DNA of 64,000 nt, taken from Phaeosaccion multiseriatum (taxonomy: Eukaryota > Protista > Ochrophyta, other classes). The notes below the pieces were generated by a model, which worked only from the letters and a program-made list of their open reading frames with translations, did no database searches and had not been told where the DNA came from. Within the stretch, counting starts at the first letter, position 1; every line of letters begins with the position of its first letter. Both the position numbers and the translations under genes were made by a program. The stretch spans positions 1,860,001-1,924,000 of the forward strand of contig OZ218959.1 in NCBI GenBank assembly GCA_965112735.1, given 5' to 3'. Shown one piece after another: positions 58,153-64,000 of this stretch.

Positions 58153-59796
58153 CATGCTGTCTCCTCCATACTAGGCCCACTCTTTCTGATGCCAGGCCTA
58201 AAGGAGAGCGAGGTACCGATACCGCGGTCTCTGGCCCAGGCTCAAGCAGGAGAGTACGCGGAGCAATGGACGGAGGCGTACTGGGCAGAGCTCAACGCGA
58301 TCGAGCAACGCCAGGTATGGGAGGAGGTTGATTATCAAGAGGGGATGAATGTGCTGCATACAGTCATGCTATTCAGAGCAAAGGTGACTGGGGGATTTGT
58401 GGATAGGCTCAAGTGTCGATTTGTCGTGATGGGGAACGAGCAGATCGAGGGGGAGGATTACTTTGATACCTTTGCACCAGTGGTGGGGAGCTCGACGATG
58501 AAGATGTTCTTTGCTATCACGTGCCAGAAGAAGTGGGTATTGGAGTTTGCAGATGTGGAGACGGCTTTCCTGCATGCACCTCTGCATGAGGGGGAGTACG
58601 TGTACATTAGAGCACCAGAGGGCATGAGAAAGTTCGGGAAGGTGCTGAGGCTGTTGAAGAGTCTGTACGGTCTTCATCAGTCTCCCAAGAGGTGGAACGA
58701 GACAGTGGTGGCATTTCTACTCGCAATGGGGTGGGTACAGTGCCCAGTGGATCCGTGTCTGTTCGCCAGGTTCGAGGAGGGGGAGCTAATAGGGCTCATC
58801 ATTCTATATGTAGACGACCTAGGAGGGTCAGGGGAGGGAAATCTCATTGACTGCACTTTCAAGGAGATTGACGAGCGTTTCAAGTTGAAGCGTTTGGGAT
58901 CGAATGTGGGGAAATTTCTGGGAGTTGAAGTTGACTACGCATTCGAGGCGGGACAGCTCAGGCTTTCGCTAGGAGGGTATCTTAGAGCGATGCTTGAGAA
59001 GTTCGACATGACGGAGGTACCTGTGTACGGCTCACCAGCAGAGCAGGGGGTACATTTGTCAGTGGGTATGGAGCCAAGCACCACAGAGGAGGAGGAATTC
59101 ATGCAGGACAAACCATACTGCTCAGCGGTAGGGTCAATCCTATGGGTTGCCAACTGGGTGAGGCTTGATGTATCCTTCGCCATCATGCAGTGTGCTCGTT
59201 TTATGAAGAGGCCGGGGCCTCGACACTGGGCAGCATTGCAGCGCATTTTCGGGTACTTTAGAGGTAGTTTAGACTTGGGAATTGAGTTTGATCGAGAGGC
59301 GGGGCTTCATCTGGAGGCATACGCAGACTCGAGCTGGGCAGATGACGTCGACAGGCGCAGGAGCTCAGGGGGATACGTCGTGACATTCGGCGGGGGAGTG
59401 ATTGCTCACAAGGCAACACTATTTAAGGTCATAGCACAGTGCTCTATGGAGAGTGAGTACATGGCCGCAGCGGAAGCAGTGAAGGAGTTGCTGTTTCACA
59501 GAGGGATTCTGGAGTTTCTGTTTCCAGGAGCCAACATGACGGAGTCGATTGTGCACGAGGACAATCAAGGGTGCATTCAGATGGCAAATGGCAACGCGGG
59601 CACCAAGCGCGTACGTCACATCGACATTCGTTATCATTTCCTGCAGTACCACGTGGACAAGGGACACGTTCGGTTTCAGTACATCAGCACAAAGGACCAG
59701 CTTGGGGACATCATGACCAAGGCATTGGCACCTCAGGTACACAGCGGTCTGGCGGGGCAGATGCTCAAGAAGGGAGACAGGAAAGGGGGGGACTAG
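58153..59796 (+). CDS. Copia reverse transcriptase and RNase H (same frame as the integrase, after the TGA)
   Basis: KCRFVVMG, DVETAFL, SLYGLHQSP, YVDD, YADSSWA, EDNQ, RHIDIRYH and GDIMTK. Confidence 0.95.
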   Translation, partial: HAVSSILGPLFLMPGLKESEVPIPRSLAQAQAGEYAEQWTEAYWAELNAIEQRQVWEEVDYQEGMNVLHTVMLFRAKVTGGFVDRLKCRFVVMGNEQIEGEDYFDTFAPVVGSSTMKMFFAITCQKKWVLEFADVETAFLHAPLHEGEYVYIRAPEGMRKFGKVLRLLKSLYGLHQSPKRWNETVVAFLLAMGWVQCPVDPCLFARFEEGELIGLIILYVDDLGGSGEGNLIDCTFKEIDERFKLKRLGSNVGKFLGVEVDYAFEAGQLRLSLGGYLRAMLEKFDMTEVPVYGSPAEQGVHLSVGMEPSTTEEEEFMQDKPYCSAVGSILWVANWVRLDVSFAIMQCARFMKRPGPRHWAALQRIFGYFRGSLDLGIEFDREAGLHLEAYADSSWADDVDRRRSSGGYVVTFGGGVIAHKATLFKVIAQCSMESEYMAAAEAVKELLFHRGILEFLFPGANMTESIVHEDNQGCIQMANGNAGTKRVRHIDIRYHFLQYHVDKGHVRFQYISTKDQLGDIMTKALAPQVHSGLAGQMLKKGDRKGGD

Positions 59797-60614
59797 TTTT
59801 AGTTCAGTAGTTTTAGTATGAGGTTTTCAGGACTTTGTCTCGGGGGGGTTTTAGGACAAGTCAGGTGTTTCCTCATTGTGTTTGTGGTAGAGTGTCAGCT
59901 ATCAAGAGAGATAGTGATTCAGTCATAGGAGGGTGTTGTGATAAGTATCGCCATTTGTGACTGAGCACTATATCGACGTACAATATCGATGTGGATATCG
60001 ATATTCATGTATGGCCACGGCCATCACTTCCTTGAACGCATCTCTCAGTAGGTATTATTAATACACGAGTTGACACTACTCTAGCTTGTCCCTGTCATCG
60101 TAGAGGAGATATCGCAACAACCGGTGGGAGAATTTATTTGTGGGAGAATTTATTGGTTGGCTTTGAAAGAGTGGCACAGCAGCGCTACCGTGGATCGGCA
60201 GCAAGAGGTAGCTAGGGATATTGCAAGGAGCAGCTGCAGGGGCAGCAGCAGGAGGCACGGAAGGATTGGCGAGCAGCTGCAGGGGCAGCAGCAAAGGATT
60301 GGATACAGCAGCTGCAGGGGCAGCAGCAGGAGGCACGGGTATCCGCTATACTTAATCAGAGGGGACCGCTGATTTAGAGGTTAGCGGCAGGAGATACAGC
60401 AGGCTTGGCTGGAGAGGCAGGGGGCGCAGCAGCAGGTGTTGGATACCGCAGCAGCTGCAGAGGCAGCAGCAGCAGCAGCAGGCACGGATATCAGGCATAA
60501 TTAGGCACGCTCGGAGGGAGCAGCTGCAGGGGCGCAGCAAGAGGGAAGATGCCGGCATAGCGCGGCGATCGGCTGGCACAGAGTAAGCGTACTGGCTGGT
60601 CCCAGGAGGAACCG

Positions 60615-61880
60615 ATGGGGGATCACGACATGGTCAATCGGTTGATGGAGGAGCTGCATGGAATCAGGATGGACCTTGCAGCACTTCCGGTGCTACTGGG
60701 CCAGCTATTGGGTCGGGATCCAAGGCAGCAGTCGGAGGTGCAGGTAGCTGCTGCACAGGTGGGGTCGGGCAGCAAGCAGAAACGATCTAAGGTCGACTGT
60801 GGGGCAGGGCAAGTCTTTTCGTGCTTTCACTGCAAGAAGGAGCACTGTCTCTCTCGCTGCCCTACCGAACCGACCACCGGAGCCATGGTGAGGAAGATGG
60901 TGGATGCAGGGAAGCGGTACGGCTTGGGTACAGCTTCCCAGGTGGTGGTGACGCTTGTGCAGCGCACTGAGCAATACAAGCGCGTCCTTGCTCAGCTGGT
61001 GAAGGCCGTGACGACGACAGGGCAGGCAGCACAGCGCAGAGCCTCGAAGGAGTTGCAGACGCTAGAGCTGACGGTGGCGGCCGCGGCGCAGTCTCGGCTT
61101 CGGGTGGCGCAAGCGCAGGCTCAGGAGGAGCAGGTAGAGCAGGCTGGCGTCACGCTTGCAGAGGGGTCAGTGTCTGCTGCGGTCCTCGAGCGGGAGCGGC
61201 AGGAGCGCGAGTCTGTTTGGCTGGAGGAGGAACAGTTGGAGCGGGCGCGTGTGTGTGCGGCTCAGGAGCGGGTGGAGAGGCGCCGCGTCGGGGAGAAAGA
61301 GAGACGGCAGCAGGCGCAACAAGCTGCCTTGGCTGAGGAAGCTCAGCGCAAGCTGCAAGAGGTACACACGCAGGCTCAAGCGGAGAGCACGCGGGTACAG
61401 CAAGTGCGGGACTGGCAAGAGCGGGAGGACGCACTGCGGGCTGTGGCTCAGCCTGTAGTGCGGGTGAATGGTGTTCTCAGTGGTCTTGGTTCCACTACCG
61501 AAGTTGGTGCGCGGCCAAAGAGGAGGGGGCGGCGGTCGAAGAAGCGCAAGGTAAGGCCCGACGGGGTCAGGGATCCGGCAGAGCGGCAGCTTGAGGAGGA
61601 GCGCCAGTGGCAGCAGGAGATGGACGCGAGGAAGTGTGATCCGGCAAGGCAGCGCCGGTGGCAGCAGGAGATTGCAGCGGATCGTCCGGCCTGGTTGGAC
61701 CGGCCTCCTCTCTCTCTGAAGGATCGGATGCAGCAAGTGGAAGCGGCGCAGGCGCGGCTGCAGAAGCTGATGGACGAGAAGGCGGCCCAGCTGCTGGCGA
61801 CGGAGCAGGCCGCGCATGGAGTGCCTCGTACGGTTGCAACGCTGGGACAGCAGGTGACGGTGGGGACGAGCCAGCGCTAG
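60615..61880 (+). CDS. 421-aa gag-like protein: CX2CX3HX4C knuckle, long coiled coil, basic NLS-like patch
   Basis: CFHCKKEHCLSRC, a Q/E/R/A-rich helix and RPKRRGRRSKKRK; intact ORF between the LTRs. Confidence 0.7.
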   Translation: MGDHDMVNRLMEELHGIRMDLAALPVLLGQLLGRDPRQQSEVQVAAAQVGSGSKQKRSKVDCGAGQVFSCFHCKKEHCLSRCPTEPTTGAMVRKMVDAGKRYGLGTASQVVVTLVQRTEQYKRVLAQLVKAVTTTGQAAQRRASKELQTLELTVAAAAQSRLRVAQAQAQEEQVEQAGVTLAEGSVSAAVLERERQERESVWLEEEQLERARVCAAQERVERRRVGEKERRQQAQQAALAEEAQRKLQEVHTQAQAESTRVQQVRDWQEREDALRAVAQPVVRVNGVLSGLGSTTEVGARPKRRGRRSKKRKVRPDGVRDPAERQLEEERQWQQEMDARKCDPARQRRWQQEIAADRPAWLDRPPLSLKDRMQQVEAAQARLQKLMDEKAAQLLATEQAAHGVPRTVATLGQQVTVGTSQR

Positions 61881-62146
61881 CGCAGCCGTGCGCAGCCACG
61901 GAGGGTGAGTTTGAGGCCTTGGGCTTTCTCACCCTGCCGTGGCAGGTGTGTGGCAGGGTGACCTGTGGAGTGCCACGTCACACACTGGTGGGTGAGTTTT
62001 GCATATTTCTCATCCGGTTTTTTTGGAAGCAGCATAAAGGGGTTTGCTACAGTCGAGCTTCAGTAGGTGAAAACGCTTGAGTTGCGTGGGGACACGCAAC
62101 AGTCTTGTCAGGGGAGTGTTAGAAGTGCAGGGATGGCTGACGGGGA

Positions 62147-62359
62147 TGTGGAAAGTCAGTCGTATGTCAGTGGCCCAGGCCTAGGCAACGCAGTGAGAAA
62201 CGGTGCCCGTTTCTCACTATCCTCCTGTAGGTGGTCGTTTAGGACAGTGCATAGATAAGCTAATAGATACAAGGCCGGCTGTCAGGCTAGCTTTGGGGTG
62301 CTGCTACCTTATCTGTGTGTCTAGTCCGTTTCGTGGAGGTCTAAGCACGACTTTCCACA
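62147..62359 (+). repeat. 3' (central) LTR of the gag-only element
   Basis: Identical to 54314-54526; followed by ACCCCAAA. Confidence 0.92.
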
Positions 62360-62530
62360 ACCCCAAAACCCCTTTATGCTGCTTCCAAAAAAACCGGATG
62401 AGAAATATGCAAAACTCACCCACCAGTGTGTGACGTGGCACTCCACAGGTCACCCTGCCACACACCTGCCACGGCAGGGTGAGAAAGCCCAAGGCCTCAA
62501 ACTCACCCTCCGTGGCTGCGCACGGCTGCG

Positions 62531-63796
62531 CTAGCGCTGGCTCGTCCCCACCGTCACCTGCTGTCCCAGCGTTGCAACCGTACGAGGCACTCCATGCGCG
62601 GCCTGCTCCGTCGCCAGCAGCTGGGCCGCCTTCTCGTCCATCAGCTTCTGCAGCCGCGCCTGCGCCGCTTCCACTTGCTGCATCCGATCCTTCAGAGAGA
62701 GAGGAGGCCGGTCCAACCAGGCCGGACGATCCGCTGCAATCTCCTGCTGCCACCGGCGCTGCCTTGCCGGATCACACTTCCTCGCGTCCATCTCCTGCTG
62801 CCACTGGCGCTCCTCCTCAAGCTGCCGCTCTGCCGGATCCCTGACCCCGTCGGGCCTTACCTTGCGCTTCTTCGACCGCCGCCCCCTCCTCTTTGGCCGC
62901 GCACCAACTTCGGTAGTGGAACCAAGACCACTGAGAACACCATTCACCCGCACTACAGGCTGAGCCACAGCCCGCAGTGCGTCCTCCCGCTCTTGCCAGT
63001 CCCGCACTTGCTGTACCCGCGTGCTCTCCGCTTGAGCCTGCGTGTGTACCTCTTGCAGCTTGCGCTGAGCTTCCTCAGCCAAGGCAGCTTGTTGCGCCTG
63101 CTGCCGTCTCTCTTTCTCCCCGACGCGGCGCCTCTCCACCCGCTCCTGAGCCGCACACACACGCGCCCGCTCCAACTGTTCCTCCTCCAGCCAAACAGAC
63201 TCGCGCTCCTGCCGCTCCCGCTCGAGGACCGCAGCAGACACTGACCCCTCTGCAAGCGTGACGCCAGCCTGCTCTACCTGCTCCTCCTGAGCCTGCGCTT
63301 GCGCCACCCGAAGCCGAGACTGCGCCGCGGCCGCCACCGTCAGCTCTAGCGTCTGCAACTCCTTCGAGGCTCTGCGCTGTGCTGCCTGCCCTGTCGTCGT
63401 CACGGCCTTCACCAGCTGAGCAAGGACGCGCTTGTATTGCTCAGTGCGCTGCACAAGCGTCACCACCACCTGGGAAGCTGTACCCAAGCCGTACCGCTTC
63501 CCTGCATCCACCATCTTCCTCACCATGGCTCCGGTGGTCGGTTCGGTAGGGCAGCGAGAGAGACAGTGCTCCTTCTTGCAGTGAAAGCACGAAAAGACTT
63601 GCCCTGCCCCACAGTCGACCTTAGATCGTTTCTGCTTGCTGCCCGACCCCACCTGTGCAGCAGCTACCTGCACCTCCGACTGCTGCCTTGGATCCCGACC
63701 CAATAGCTGGCCCAGTAGCACCGGAAGTGCTGCAAGGTCCATCCTGATTCCATGCAGCTCCTCCATCAACCGATTGACCATGTCGTGATCCCCCAT
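62531..63796 (-). CDS. Inverted identical copy of the 421-aa gag-like ORF
   Basis: Translation is identical to 60615-61880. Confidence 0.7.
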   Translation of the reverse strand: MGDHDMVNRLMEELHGIRMDLAALPVLLGQLLGRDPRQQSEVQVAAAQVGSGSKQKRSKVDCGAGQVFSCFHCKKEHCLSRCPTEPTTGAMVRKMVDAGKRYGLGTASQVVVTLVQRTEQYKRVLAQLVKAVTTTGQAAQRRASKELQTLELTVAAAAQSRLRVAQAQAQEEQVEQAGVTLAEGSVSAAVLERERQERESVWLEEEQLERARVCAAQERVERRRVGEKERRQQAQQAALAEEAQRKLQEVHTQAQAESTRVQQVRDWQEREDALRAVAQPVVRVNGVLSGLGSTTEVGARPKRRGRRSKKRKVRPDGVRDPAERQLEEERQWQQEMDARKCDPARQRRWQQEIAADRPAWLDRPPLSLKDRMQQVEAAQARLQKLMDEKAAQLLATEQAAHGVPRTVATLGQQVTVGTSQR

Positions 63797-64000
63797 CGGT
63801 TCCTCCTGGGACCAGCCAGTACGCTTACTCTGTGCCAGCCGATCGCCGCGCTATGCCGGCATCTTCCCTCTTGCTGCGCCCCTGCAGCTGCTCCCTCCGA
63901 GCGTGCCTAATTATGCCTGATATCCGTGCCTGCTGCTGCTGCTGCTGCCTCTGCAGCTGCTGCGGTATCCAACACCTGCTGCTGCGCCCCCTGCCTCTCC

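Larger units (their letters stand above)
54704..60119 (+). mobile_element. Ty1/Copia LTR retrotransposon, full-length, recent insertion
   Basis: Identical 186-bp LTRs (54704-54889 and 59934-60119), 5-bp TSD ACCGG (54699-54703 and 60120-60124), PPT AGGAGGG, and domain order gag-PR-IN-RT-RH. Confidence 0.96.
54314..62359 (+). mobile_element. Non-autonomous gag-only LTR retroelement (TR-GAG/LARD-like) with a self-complementary PBS; interrupted by a Copia
   Basis: Identical 213-bp LTRs at 54314-54526 and 62147-62359 with TG...CA ends and an 11-bp TIR (TGTGGAAAGTC). G-rich PPT-like CGGGGA precedes the 3' LTR. Single zinc-knuckle ORF; no pol. Confidence 0.85.
60411..64000. repeat. Giant inverted repeat: arms 60411-62045 and 62366-64000 (runs off the window), 320-bp spacer
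   Basis: Paired positions sum to 124411 and the 421-aa ORF is identical on both strands. Confidence 0.95.

Overview
Eukaryotic, intron-rich and microsatellite-rich nuclear DNA from a photosynthetic, probably flagellated ochrophyte (stramenopile) alga. This is inferred from bipartite plastid-targeting peptides on PsbO and an LHC, and from a PGP-repeat flagellar protein. Bases 1-51 kb hold about 11 host genes: a SIRT1-type sirtuin, two tandem four-TM membrane paralogs, a small ApoO/MIC26-like protein, an STPG/ODF3-like protein, PI synthase head-to-head with a TPS/TPP fusion carrying an ARM-repeat insert, a SEN1-like helicase with an inserted WW domain, psbO, an LHC and an AMT1 ammonium transporter. 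A decayed Ngaro/PAT-type tyrosine-recombinase retroelement lies at 23.7-28.5 kb, and two related MITEs with 6-bp TSDs lie at 10.2 and 40.0 kb. Bases 51-64 kb are a transposon nest. Its centrepiece is a gag-only LTR element whose primer site is an exact 11-nt complement of its own LTR (a Tf1-type self-priming signature). This element folds back into a perfect palindrome of at least 1.6 kb just after its 3' LTR, and it hosts a recently inserted Copia with identical LTRs, two frameshifts and one in-frame TGA. All gene models were spliced by eye and no database searches were run, so family assignments rest on motif recognition.
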